Below, one piece after another: positions 1 through 22,304 of a stretch of 64,000 bases of DNA. Positions within the stretch are counted from its first letter, which is position 1. Each line of letters begins with the position of its first letter. A program made the translations under genes and the position numbers. The notes below the pieces were generated by a model that worked only from the letters and a program-made list of their open reading frames with translations, was not told the DNA's origin and did not search any database. This DNA comes from the human T2T-CHM13v2.0 reference genome, Homo sapiens. The DNA is taken from the NCBI RefSeq assembly GCF_009914755.1, contig NC_060946.1; one strand, written 5' to 3'.

Positions 1-126
1 GGGAGATCTGCGGATTTAATGGAGATGCAGCCTAGACTGTAGGCCTCCTGGTTTGCTGGAAAGAATTGGGGAATAAGACAGCTGGAAGAAGCCATTCTAG
101 GATCAGAAGAAGGATCAAACATTGAC

Positions 127-418
127 CGCAGCATGGTGGCTCACGCCTGTAATCCCAGCACTTTGGGAGGCTGAGGCAGGCAGATCATCTGAGGTCGGGA
201 GTTTGAGACCAGCTTGACCAATATGGTGAACCCCATCTCTACTAAAAATACAAAAATTAGCTGGGCATGGGGGCATACACTTGTAATCCCAGCTACTTGG
301 GAGGCTGAAGCAGGAAAATCACGTGAACTGGGAGGTGGAAGTTGCAGTGAGCCAAGATCACGCCACTGCACTCCAGCCTGGGTGACAGTGAAGCTCTGTC
401 CTGTCACAAAACAAAACA
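127..418 (+). mobile_element. AluS
   Basis: Dimeric Alu flanked by an aaacattgacc direct repeat. Confidence 0.9.
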
Positions 419-1205
419 TTGACCACAGACCTCTGAGGTGGTGGATGTCCCTCCTGTCCTGGTTGTATCATTATACATTGTATATTAATGTATCGAAATA
501 CTACAGGTACCCCCAACATGTGTACAACTATTATGAATCAATAAAAAACAATTTGAAAAGTAAGGTATGTGGCAGAGGTGGAAAAAAATGCTTTCCTCCA
601 AACAGCCACAATTTGATTGTATCAGTTTGTAGAGTAAGAGCAAGTTATGCCTCAGTGTGTTGTTGAAAATAATAGAACAATATGCCACAATTAGTGGAGC
701 TTCATAGCTGGGTGTGGTCAAGGAGAGAATAGAAGAGAACCCTACCAAAACCACTGTCATCCCAGGGTGACTGTGAGCATACCCAAAGCTGCACCTCCCT
801 GAAGAGCAATATCATAGGCCTTAACACTTTTCAGGGGAAATGGATTTCACTCAAATAATCCAGCCAGTCGCTAAACAAATAAATAACAATTGGCCCTGGA
901 GAGGGGGTACCAATCCCCAGAGTTGCTACAGTATATTATCTAAAATGTCCAGTTTCCAACAAGAAATTGTGAGACGTACAAAGAAACAGGAAAATATGAC
1001 ACATACACTGGAAAAAAGCTGGCAGCAGCAACTGCCTGTGAGACAAGGGGCCAAATTAATGAAAAAGGCTTCAAACTGGCCTATATATATATTCACAGTA
1101 CTATATATATTCACAATACTAAAGGAAAATATGATGACAAAGAAGTAAAGGATGGTATGACACTGTTGCATCAATTAAAGAATATCCATAAAGATATAGA
1201 AATTA

Positions 1206-1584
<379 letters not shown>

Positions 1585-1626
1585 CTAGAGGGACTCAGGA
1601 CTCAATAACAGATTTGAACTGGGTGA

Positions 1627-2102
<476 letters not shown>

Positions 2103-2220
2103 TTAGATAACTTCAATAAAATGGACAAACTCCTAGAAAGATATAAACCACCAAAATTGACCCAAGAAGAGACACTATCTGAATAGACCTATAACAAGTA
2201 AAGATATTAAATTAGTAATT

Positions 2221-3395
2221 GAGGGGACTCGTGGGGTAACTTGCCCTTGGGAACCAGTAGTATGGCATCGGGCTGCAAGATTGGCCTGTCCATCCTCAAT
2301 GCTACCTGGCCAATTTAGGGGCCCAGTGCCTCTGGATGCTAGACTCTGGGGTCGATTATCTCCACCGGAATGTAATGGATGAACATGCATGTGATGGTGT
2401 CCAAGCCAGAACAGTGGGTAAAGCCAATGGCTATAAGAGGAGCCAATCAGTACATCTTTCATCTCGAGGAAACTGAGAACCCAGGGGCTTTGATTAAAGA
2501 CATTCAGGAGAATGGGATGAAGGTTGGCCTTGCCATAAAACCAGGAACCTCAGTTCAGTATTTGGCACCATGGGCTAATCAACTAGGTATGACCTTGGTT
2601 ATGACAGTGGAACCAGGGTTTGGAGGGCATAAATTCATGGAAGATATGATGTTAAAGGTTCACTGGTTGAGGATCCAGTTCCCATCTTTGGCTATAGAGG
2701 TCGCTGGTGGAATAGATCCTGACACTGTCCATAGGTGTGCAGAGGCGAAGCTAACATGATTGTGTCTGGCAGTGCTATGGTGAGGAGTGAAGACCCTAGA
2801 TCTGTGATCAGCCTGTTAAGAAACATTTGCTCAGAAGCTGCTCAGAAAGATTCTCTTGATTGATGAAACCTTAAGGAGCCCAATGTTTGTTTATGAAATC
2901 TCCTTTTTACTGGAAAACAGGAATATTGACTACCAAATCATAGTGTAGTTGAAGCCATTCTGCGTTTTTGAGCAGTTATTCGTTTCAGTGATTATAATTG
3001 ATTGTGCAGAGTATTCTAAGAAGTTAGAAATTGGTGTGTATAACTACATTTTCAGTGATGCAATTTAATGATTAGTGAGTGAGATACTGTTTTTATTGAG
3101 AGCCTTGATTTTTATAAAGAGTAAAAATATGGCTGCATTAAGGGTACAAACAGAAAAGTGTCTTAATGTCTAAGGAGGGCATATTAGCTACACTATAAAA
3201 ACAATTTTTTTCTGTATTTCTGAAAAGAATTTTGTTGTTTCTCAGTTGTTTTCCAAAAGCAAAGGAAGTCTTAATGTTTTTTTCTATTTCGTGTTATGTG
3301 TGATTTGTTTATATGCTTGGTAATATGAGTCTAATGGAATTTAAAAATATAAGTTTGGGTAGGATAGTATACCCTTAAAAAATAAATAAATAATT
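2221..3395 (+). pseudogene. RPEP4: Processed pseudogene of ribulose-5-phosphate 3-epimerase (RPE)
   Basis: Intronless. ATG at 2262 gives MASGCKIGLSILN, then a frameshift. ORF 2379-2759 reads VSKPEQWVKPMA..GANQYIFHLE..VMTVEPGFGG. A second frameshift occurs near 2746 and the ancestral stop is at about 2864. An AT-rich 3'UTR and decayed A-tail follow (3377-3395). The RPE origin is secure; the symbol is from memory. Confidence 0.92.
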
Positions 3396-3417
3396 AGAGA
3401 GAGAGAGAGAGAGAGAG

Positions 3418-9120
<5,703 letters not shown>

Positions 9121-9719
9121 TGGTGGCAGTTCCTCAAACAGTTAAACACAGAGTTACCATATAACCCCACAATTCAACTTACAGATGTCTTCTCAAGAGA
9201 AATGAAAACATAGCTTTACGAGAAAAACTTATATGTGAATGTTTATAGTAGTATTATTCATAATAGCCAGAAGGTAGAAACAGTTCAAATATACATCAGC
9301 TGATGAATGGATAAACAAAATGTGGTCTATCCTTACTATGGAATTACTTGGCAATAAAATAGAATGAAGTACCAGCACGTGCTTCAACATGGATGGACCT
9401 TGAAAACACTATGCTATGTGAAAGAAACCAGCCGCAAAAGAACACATATGATTCCATTCATATGCAAATCTAGGATAGGCATATCTACAGAGACAAAGTA
9501 GATCAGTGGTTGTTCAGGGCTGGGAAAAATGGGTGGGGTAGAGGGTGTGATAGCTGAAATATACAAGGTTTTATTTATGAAGTGATGAAAATACTCTAAA
9601 ACTGACTGGTGATGGTTGTACACACTGAATGTACTAAAAACTACTGAATTATACACTTTAAATGGGTGAATTTTAGGGTATATGAATTATATATCAAGAT
9701 GTTTAAAAAAAACCTTAGG

Positions 9720-10211
<492 letters not shown>

Positions 10212-10256
10212 ATCTAAGTTACTATTTGATAGATGTTAGATGTTGTGAGAGGGTAA

Positions 10257-10662
<406 letters not shown>

Positions 10663-10706
10663 TAGATTCCAGACCCAAAGATGTTGGACAGTATTATCAG
10701 CTAGAG

Positions 10707-10969
10707 CAAGGTTTTTCAACCCTGGCACTATTGACATTTTGGCTGGATGATTCTTTGTTGTGGGGAGCTGTCTTGTATGTTCTAGGATGTTTAGCAGGAT
10801 CTCTGGCCTCTACCTACTAGATGCCAGTAGCATTCCCCCACCCCATCCCAGTTGTTGTGACAACCAAAAATGTCTTCAGACATTGTCAAGTGTCCCTGGG
10901 GTAGGGAGGACACCCTCCAATCTCCTCTTTCTCCCTACCCAACCTCCATGACCACATTGAGAACCACTG
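10707..10969 (-). mobile_element. MER20 DNA transposon
   Basis: TIRs caaggtttttcaa / ttgagaaccactg. Internal ctactagatgccagtagc and gtgacaaccaaaaatgtc. Degenerate 8-bp TSD agctagag/atctatag. Confidence 0.85.
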
Positions 10970-11023
10970 ATCTATAGAAAAGGATAATAGTAGTGACATT
11001 CAGAGAGGCAGGATGGTATAGTG

Positions 11024-11190
11024 CAAAGCTTGCCAAACTTTAATTTTACATAAATGACCTGGGGAATCTTGGAAAAATGTAGGTTCTGATTCAGTAGTTC
11101 TGGGATGGAAGTGAGAATTTTGTATTAATAACAAACTCTCAGGTGATGATACCTGTGCCACCGGCCCAAGGACCACACTTTGAATAGCAG
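11024..11190 (+). mobile_element. MER5A1-like element nested in a MIR (MIR continues to about 11360)
   Basis: ttctgattcagtag..ctggg...caggtgatg...ggaccacactttgaatagcag. Confidence 0.7.
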
Positions 11191-12432
11191 AGCAGTAGTA
11201 GAAAGTGCATCGGCTTTGAAAGAAGACAGACCTGGGCTTGAATTCTAGCTAAAATACTTCTACTTTGGACAAGTTACATAGCTCTCTGGACCTTATTTTC
11301 TCATTGGTAAAATGAGACTAATAATGCTGACCCTGCAGAGTTCTTATAAGGATTCATGGAATGCATAGTCCCTGGCAGAAAGGAAGATATAGGAGGGACT
11401 ATAATTGGCCTAAAGTAGGAGGCTCTGGTTACCATGGGCACTGCCCTGTTGTGATTTATCAAGCCATTACACCTCACTGAACCTCAGATTTCCAGTGGAA
11501 AAACCTGTTTGTAAACCATGTTCACATATTCTGTTGAAAGTAATCATAGTTTGATTTATGATGATAGGGCTCAGGTAAGTGATTAGTTTTATTCTCCTGC
11601 CTGCTTTTTATGTTGTCCATTAATGAGCAAGGTGCTGATGCAAGGAGATGGCAGATGCATTTTGAAAAAAAAGGAGAGAGAGAGTACTTGTAGAATTCTT
11701 GACTTTATTGAGGTCAAATGTAGGTGGCTTTTCAAGAAGGACTCAATTTCAGAACCGGTGGCATTTAACATATGAGTCATGTTACCTTATGCTAATAAGT
11801 TCAGACTTTTTTTCTTTTTACTGCAGAGATGGGGGAAAAATCTCCTGCACTACTTGCTGCATTGCTCAATTGGCTGGATGCTTTGGAAGATTTTTCCACT
11901 TGAAAGATTTGTTGTTTGTCATTTTGAGAAAGTGGGTGCTGAGTGTAATTTGCCAGGAGGCTAAACGGCTATGTTATTTCTTATCTAGGCTGGAATTTTA
12001 CTCTAATAATTCAATCTATCAGTAAGAAAAGCCAAATAGGAAGTTGTAAGAGATCCTAATACTATCTTATATTGAAAACAAAGCCTCCTTCTCCTGTTGT
12101 TTGGCATTCTAAATGTTTTCACATACCTAAGTGAGATTATGATTGTATTAAATACCAACATTGCAGATCATTCCAGCATACAAGTGGACGTAAGTTGTCC
12201 ATAACAGAAGGAACTTTCTAAAGGGGAAGACAGATAGAACAATTCTGGCATTTTCAGTAAAATCTTAAATCCTAGGCTCCCTAGGACCAGGCAAACCATC
12301 CCCTTCAAGGATGTAAACTCTGGAGGGCAGTGTAGTTGTACAGGGTAATAGTTCTATACTCTATATTAGTGCAACAAGAAACTTCTATTCCTGTTTCAGA
12401 AGTAAGACTGTTATCTACCTTTTTTTTTTTGA

Positions 12433-12978
<546 letters not shown>

Positions 12979-13350
12979 TGAACTCCTGACCTCATGATCT
13001 GCCTGGCTCGGCCTCCCAAAGTGCTGGGATTACAGGCATGAGCCACCGTGCCTGACCTCTCCCATGGGTTTTAAGTAGTGCCTATGGATGGCATGGGTGC
13101 CACTACTCAGGTCTAGGACAGGCAGGGGTGAGTGATGAGTGCGTGCGTGCTGATGAAGGGGTGCGAAGAAACAGATGCTGGCTAGTGCTGCCCTCCACTG
13201 GACCCCATTCTGCCTTTGTGTGGGACAAAGGGCTAGGGACTAGCAGTTACTTTGTGCTAGGTACCATGCTAAATGCTTTAAATGCACACTACCTCATTTG
13301 ATATAACAGGGACTCATTTATTCATTCAAGAGATATTATAAAATAGGCTA

Positions 13351-13620
<270 letters not shown>

Positions 13621-14022
13621 TCAAAAAAAAGACAATAATTAGGCGTGGTTGTGCGCACCTGTAGTCCTAACTACTTGGTAGGCTGAGACAAGAGGATCAC
13701 TTGAGCCCAGGAGTTCGAGGCTGCAGTGAGCTATGTTCGTACCACTGCATGAAGCCTGGGTGACAGAGTGAGACTCTGTCTCTTTTATTTATTTGTTTTT
13801 TAAATAATAGAGACAGGGTTGGCCGGGCATGGTGGCTCATTCCTGTAATCCCAGCACTTTGGGAGGCTGAGGCAGGTGGATCCCTGAGGTCAGGAGTTCA
13901 AGACCAGCCTGGCCAACATGGGAAAAACTCGTCTCTACTAAAAATAGAAAAATTAGCCGGGGGCAATGGCATGTGCCTGTAATTCCAGCTACTTGGGAGG
14001 CTGAGGCAGGATAATTGCCTGA

Positions 14023-14223
<201 letters not shown>

Positions 14224-14574
14224 TGATTTACTGGGTGCCCACGTTGACCAGGCAGGGAACACCTCCTAGCAGTGATCAAGGACTACTTTGGACCTAGGTT
14301 CTGTAACTGACTTCATCTTTAAGTGGGGAAACAGAGGCTCAGACAGGATACATAGCATGCTTAAAGGCTTAGTGCAGCCACTATCTATTCTGAAAGAGGC
14401 AGAATAGGACAGGGACAGGTAGGTAGTGAGAGAATAGGGAGAATAGATGGGCACACCCTTTAACTTAATATCGACCAGTAAAGCCTGCAGTTGCTTATTT
14501 GAACCTCACATTGAGGCTGACATGTAAGTTGAGCAAATCTTAACTCAAGCTTCAGTTTCCTTGTTGGGGCCGCT

Positions 14575-14815
14575 GAGGCAGCATAGCCTAGAGATTACAA
14601 GCATAGACTTCAGAGTTTGATTCCTGGCTCTGCCTCTAACCAGCTTTGCAACCTTAAAGCTCCTTAACCCCCTCACATGCCTCTGTTCCCTAACTGTAAA
14701 ATGGTGAATGTAATTAATTCTTCCTGCATAGTGTTACAAGAATTAAATTTGAGTAATTACTGGTAAAGTACGTAGAATAGTACCTAACACAAGATAAGTG
14801 CTATATATAATGGTT
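14575..14815 (+). mobile_element. MIR
   Basis: MIR core (ctgtaaaatgg...tagaatagtacctaacac...aagtgct). Confidence 0.65.
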
Positions 14816-15880
14816 GTTACCTAAAGAAATAACAGCCTGGGCAACATGGCGAAACCCTATCTCTACAAAAAATACAAAAATTAGCCGGTTGTGGTGGTGT
14901 GCACCTGTGGTCCTAGCATCTCGGGAGGCTGAGGTGGGAGGATCACATGAGCCTGGGAGGTCGAGGTTGCCATAAGCTTCCTGATTGCACCACTGCACTC
15001 CAGCCTGGGTGACAGAGTGAGACCTTGTCTCAAAAAATAAATAAATAAAATAAATTAAAAAAATAAAAAGGAAATAAGTTCAGTGCCTGTCGTTAGCTTG
15101 CTCCCTTTCTCAGCCTCTCCTCCACTTCCTCACGCACCCTCTTGCTCTGAGCCTATTATCCTGGTCCCTCCTTCACACTGCCACATCTTTGCATAGGCTG
15201 TTCTCTTTGCCTGGAATGCCATTCTCATTTGTTGCTTGGCAGAACTGAACTCATTCTCCTTCTAGGCTCTGCTCAAGGGTTTCCTCTTCTTTGTGTCCAA
15301 AGTCACCACATAGCTTCTAAGTGATGGGACTGAGATTTGAAGCCAGGTCATCTGTCTTTCAGGCCAGCCCTCTTTCCACTACCCTATGCTACCCAAATAG
15401 GAAGCGTAAAAGAGAAGTAGGAGAGAAAAAGTTAGAAACCTGGAGAGAACTTAGGTATTTGGTAAACAGGAAAAAGAAAGTGGAAAGAAGAGATCATTTG
15501 AAGGACTTCCTCAACTTAACAACTATTTGCCTATGGCATTATTTTATTGCATTTGGTGTATGATACTATCTCAAAAGCATTTTGTAAACTTGCCAGTGGC
15601 TTACATTTTTGCCGGATGAATGACATGACTAACGATCCGTGCTACATTACCTCAGTGTCTAGTTTGTCATTTTGAATCAAGTGGACATTTTCTGTAAGTG
15701 AATCATTTTCACTTGCTCATGATATAATGAGAATTCCTTACCTTTGGCTTAAAATGAGGCTTATGTTATAACAGTTAAGCATTGTCTAGTTGCATATTTA
15801 ACATAGTCAGAATGCTCCTGCCTGTATTCAGCCTGGTGTCTTATAATATTTGGTATGCCCACCTAGATAGCAATTGGTAA

Positions 15881-16297
<417 letters not shown>

Positions 16298-17532
16298 TGA
16301 ACCACCGTGCCCGGCCTTTTTTTTTTTTTTTTTTTTTTCGAGATGGGGTCTCACTCAGACTGGAGTGCAGTGGTGCTATCACAGCTCACTACAGACTTGA
16401 CCTGCTGGGCTCAAGTGATTCTCCTGCCTAAGCCTCCCAAGTAGCTGGGACTACAGGCACATGCCACCAATACCTGGCTAATTTTTTTGAAGAAATGGGA
16501 TCCCGCTATGTTGCCTAGGCTGGTCTGGAACTTCTGGGCTCAAGCGATCCTTCCGCCTCAGCCTCTCAAAGTGCTGGGATTACAGGCATGAGCCAACATG
16601 CCCAGCTAGAGATGTGTGTGAATTGGTAGCTTCAAGCTAGATATTGGAGGCTCATGAAGCCCAGGTTAAAGAGGCTTGTATTCATCAGATGCGATGAAGA
16701 GCTTTGAAGTTTTTACTAGAAGTGTGATTTAAAGTGGTTGGCATGCAAAATGATTTGGAACGTTTGGGGTTTGGGGTAGGGAGAGAGAGGTTGGAAGTAG
16801 GAAACAATTAGAAGGCAAACGCTTTGGGCAAGGTATCACATTGAAACCTGAACAGCAGTGGGACTTGCTGGGGGTTGGGACAAAACTAGGCAGATGTAAG
16901 CATCTAGTGAATCTAGAGATTAGGGTGTTCTGTGACCAAGAATGAGCAGAAGACCTGCTAGGCTCAAGATTCAGGAGATTCTCAGGTCCAAAGCCAGTCC
17001 TCAGTCTCCGAAGTCAGTCAGGCAGAAGGGAAGTTGGATCAAGCTGGCCAGAGTTGAGCTCAGGAAGTCAGTGCACTTTCTCTTGTCTGGTTCCTGCATC
17101 GTTTTACTTGTGTAAAATCATCAAGATCCCTAAACCGATGTCTGAACACCAGGCTTCTAGGCAGAGCTCCACCGTGTGACCTTGGGCGCATCACTTATTT
17201 CCCCCAGGCCTCAGTTCTTCTGAAAGATGAGGGGAAGAACTCACATTCAAAGGCCCTCAGCTTTAGCGTCTTATTTTAGGTGATCTGGGCAGAAGAGTCT
17301 CACTGTGCTCCTCTCCCTTTCATATTTCCTGCTTTGGTAGGAAGTCATCTCAAGACTTGAGTGTATAGGCATGAGGAAGTCTGCTAGAGGACAGGAAGAA
17401 TATTGCTTAAAGAATAAGAGCTACAGCCCTGATGGAAGGGGTAAATTGGCCTGGGAAAAGCCCTGCCTCTGCTACCTGCTTCCCAAGTGACCTTGAACTT
17501 AACTCTTTAAACCTCAGTTGCTGCATCTATAA

Positions 17533-17807
<275 letters not shown>

Positions 17808-18155
17808 TGATTCTCCTGCCTTGACCTCCCTAAGTGCTAGGATTACAGGTGTGAGCCAACGTGCCTGGCCAGGGTTGTTTTGAGACATGAATGAGGTGGA
17901 CCTTTACAGGCACTTGGTTCAGGGCCTGACCCGTAGTGAGCATTTGATAAATGTTACCTATCTATGTTGTCATGGGCTGGGAGTGTGGGAACAGGAAGTG
18001 TCTCATGCCAGAAGCACTGTGAATTTTCTCCTTTAATCATTGCCTTCATTTTCTTTGAACCTTATTCAGATTGTCCATGCCTTTGTAATTGTAGACCCTC
18101 TAAACTATAATTAGTCCAAATAAAATGGACTCACCTTATGCCATGTTCTTGTTGA

Positions 18156-18455
<300 letters not shown>

Positions 18456-19116
18456 TAATTTTTGTATTTTTAGGAGAGACGGGGTTTCACCATGTTGGCC
18501 AGGATGGTCTCGATCTCTTGACCTCGTGATCCACGCTCCTCGGCCTCCCAAAGTGTTGGGATTACAGGCACGAGCCATTGCACCCGGCCAGATCTTCTTT
18601 TTTGTAACATGCTAAGTAATACAATCTCTATTTAGCTTGATGTCCACGGTGATAGCAGGATTCTTTTCGGATTTCTGCCATAGTTAATTATTCTGCATTC
18701 TTTTGTCCCTAGTGTGTCATATTGAAATTTTTCTTTTTTCTTTGTTTTTGATGACTTCTCCAGTTATTCATGCTAGTTTTGCATTCCTGTCCAAGAACAT
18801 TTTTGCTGCTTGTTTATTTTTAATTTCATAAACTAAAGCGTTTGAGGTTTTAAAAACCCAGAATTGAGTTTTCTCAGAGCTGCTAATCTTTCTAGCCAGC
18901 TGGTGACGAGGCTTCTCAATTCTTGTTACAGGATGATGTGTTCTGTCCTCCTGTCTGTGCTTTGTCTAATTTAGATTCTAAATCCACATGTTTAGGACAT
19001 TTTTAGCGTGTCAAAATTTATTACCAAAGTAGTGCTGACTTCAGGGAAAAATTTTTAATGGAATCTTTAGTCACTCATGTTGACACAAGGTGCTTGTCCT
19101 AGTGCAGGAATCTGTG

Positions 19117-19137
19117 TGGCACCACTAGGTGGTGCCA
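19117..19137 (+). promoter_or_regulatory. CTCF-like motif within a palindrome
   Basis: TGGCACCACTAGGTGGTGCCA. Confidence 0.55.
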
Positions 19138-19391
19138 GACTGCATCATTTTTAAAGACAGCCTTTTCTCTTCCAACTCTTTTGCCACTGTTCTCTTTTTT
19201 GCTTCTTTGCCAAATTTGGACCGAGCTTTGAAAACTTCATATAAACTTTCTCTTAGTGAGTTATGTTGCTTATAGCTTTTCCCTCCACCTTGCCTGTTTT
19301 AGTCTTCTTGTTTCAATAGTTTTGATAGTTTGACATTCAGATAAAACTTAAAACTGAAGCCCAAAGTAATTACTAAATGTATCTCGACTGA

Positions 19392-19751
<360 letters not shown>

Positions 19752-21501
19752 TGATCCACCCGCTTCGGTCTCCCAAAGTGCTGGGATTACATGTGCGAGC
19801 CACCACGCCCAGCCCCATCTGCAGATATTTTTACCAGTCCTATCCACTCATGCCTGTACCTTCTAATGTTATTAAAGTCAGTTTTATTATCATTGATGAC
19901 CATGAGACTTAATCAAAAGGTCAAGCTAGAAACAGAGAATATTCAAAATTTCTTTCCAGGCAAACATCTGGGTTCAATAGAAGCTAGTTCACATGAATGG
20001 ATCATGCTCTAGCTCTGTTGTGCTGGAGCTTTTTTGAAGGAATGCATTGTTACATACTAACCACAATTTTTACATTGTCCAGGGCAGGAGTAACCAGTTG
20101 GTTGATACTTAGTCAGGGGTTGTGTTTCGTAATCTGCTAGTTGTACTTGATGTTTAGGCATTTGAAATTTAACCTTGTGCCTTATTTGTGCTGAATTTAC
20201 TATTGTTTCCTATTTGTAGTGCTCTGCAAAATTATTCTCAGTATATCACACATTTGTAATCATTGCCAATCACTGAATATCAATAACATGCTAGGTGATA
20301 AGAACTTCTATTTTTCAGCAGCATTATCATTCCCAATTTTACTACATCAGAGAGTTCATCATTATACAGTCAACTCATGATTATTAGGAGTAAGGAACGT
20401 AATAGCAGACCCTGAATGAGGGAAAAGAATGTGAAACCACACATAAACTAAAGGTGAAGTCATTTACATCCCTGAAAATGATTTTAAGATACAGAATGAG
20501 ATGTTAAAGGATCAAAAGAAAATTATCGTAGCAATGAAAAATGCTACATGGTTTATACAAAGTCATGTCAAGCTCATAGACTCAGAGAGTGGTGTTAATC
20601 CTGAAGACCACTTGATGATTATGGAAGCCGAGACCCAAAGAGGTTAAGTGACTTACCCAGCACAGCGGGTTTGGGTGTTTTATAGCTGTTTGACTATATG
20701 AGCTATGATTGCTCTCATGTTGTGAGCTAAATTCCAAAGATATTGTCGTGTTTGCTTTTGTGGGGACTGTATTGCTTTCATAGCATGATGGTTGTATTGT
20801 TTCTTTTTGCTTTGTCATCTGTCAGTCAACTTTGAAGTGAATCTTCTTTGTTTACAGCATAGTAAAATATGGTGATTGCATGGCTCATAAGAGATTTACA
20901 AATGAAGAAACTGAGGCCCGGTTGAGCTGCATGGCACACCCAAGTCATAGACTTGTGTGTGGTTGAGGCAGAGAATCTAGGATACAGACCTCCCTGCTGG
21001 GTTCCTCCCGCTCCCATAACTGCTCTGCACTTCAGCGGGAAAGATGCCAGAAACTGCAAGCATAAGGCCTTTTTTTCCCCTAAAAAACTGTAATTCATTT
21101 GGTTTTGAAAGACTTACCAGAGTTTAAAAGCTCCATTTTGTGGCTTCCCAAGGTGCTGTGATTTGTTTCTTACTAGTCTCCTTTGTTCTGTGGAAAATTT
21201 TCTTCTTTGGTTGTTTGAGATTTAGATTTCCTTGCCAAGGTATTTTTAGAGAGAGGAAATCAGTATGTTTCACCAAAGGGGTAAAATATATACCTTAAGG
21301 CCTAATTATGCAATTACATTTTTAATAACGAGTGTCATAAATTCTTGCTTCATTGCAATCATTAATTGGAAGACTGTTCTGCTCAGAAGCCTCATCTAGT
21401 TATCATGATTATCATCAACATCGTCAACCAACCACAAGCATCAAGCATTTATGGAGTATCCACAGATTATGCAGCACTTGCCAGGGTTCTGGGAGACTTA
21501 A

Positions 21502-21503
<2 letters not shown>

Positions 21504-21550
<47 letters not shown>
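21504..21550 (+). repeat. (TG)23 microsatellite, intron 1
   Basis: Direct read. Probably the D22S929 marker (recalled, unverified). Confidence 0.95.
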
Positions 21551-21552
<2 letters not shown>

Positions 21553-22040
21553 ACCCTTGCCTTCAAGGAGTTTGTGATCTGCAGAACTGGAGGAAAGACA
21601 GAAAACTTGGGGAAAGACAAGTACCTCATTTTTCAATATGTGTAAAGCCCATACTGATTCATGTATGTGGCATTGGGGGACATGGACAGCAGGGAGACAA
21701 AGGGATAGATCTTAGAAAGGTCTAGTTACAAATAAATGGAAGCACATAAGTTTGCTGACATGGGAGGACATAGGCTGGGTTGTAATAAGGTAGGGTAATT
21801 GGTTGAAGGAGGGAGGAAGAAATTGGTGAAGAGTTGAAGGCAGTAATTAAATAGATTTGGCATAATAACAGAGATGATTGGAGAACTGGGAGAAGAAAAT
21901 TACTTGCTGTAGTTGATTATGGCAGAAACTGACAGGGCAAGAGATTACAGTTGGGATTTTTTGCAAAGAGGAGCTTTCAAGTTTGTGACATCTTTTTTTT
22001 TTTTTTTTTTTTTTGAGATAGTCTTGCTCTGTCACCCTAG

Positions 22041-22304
<264 letters not shown>

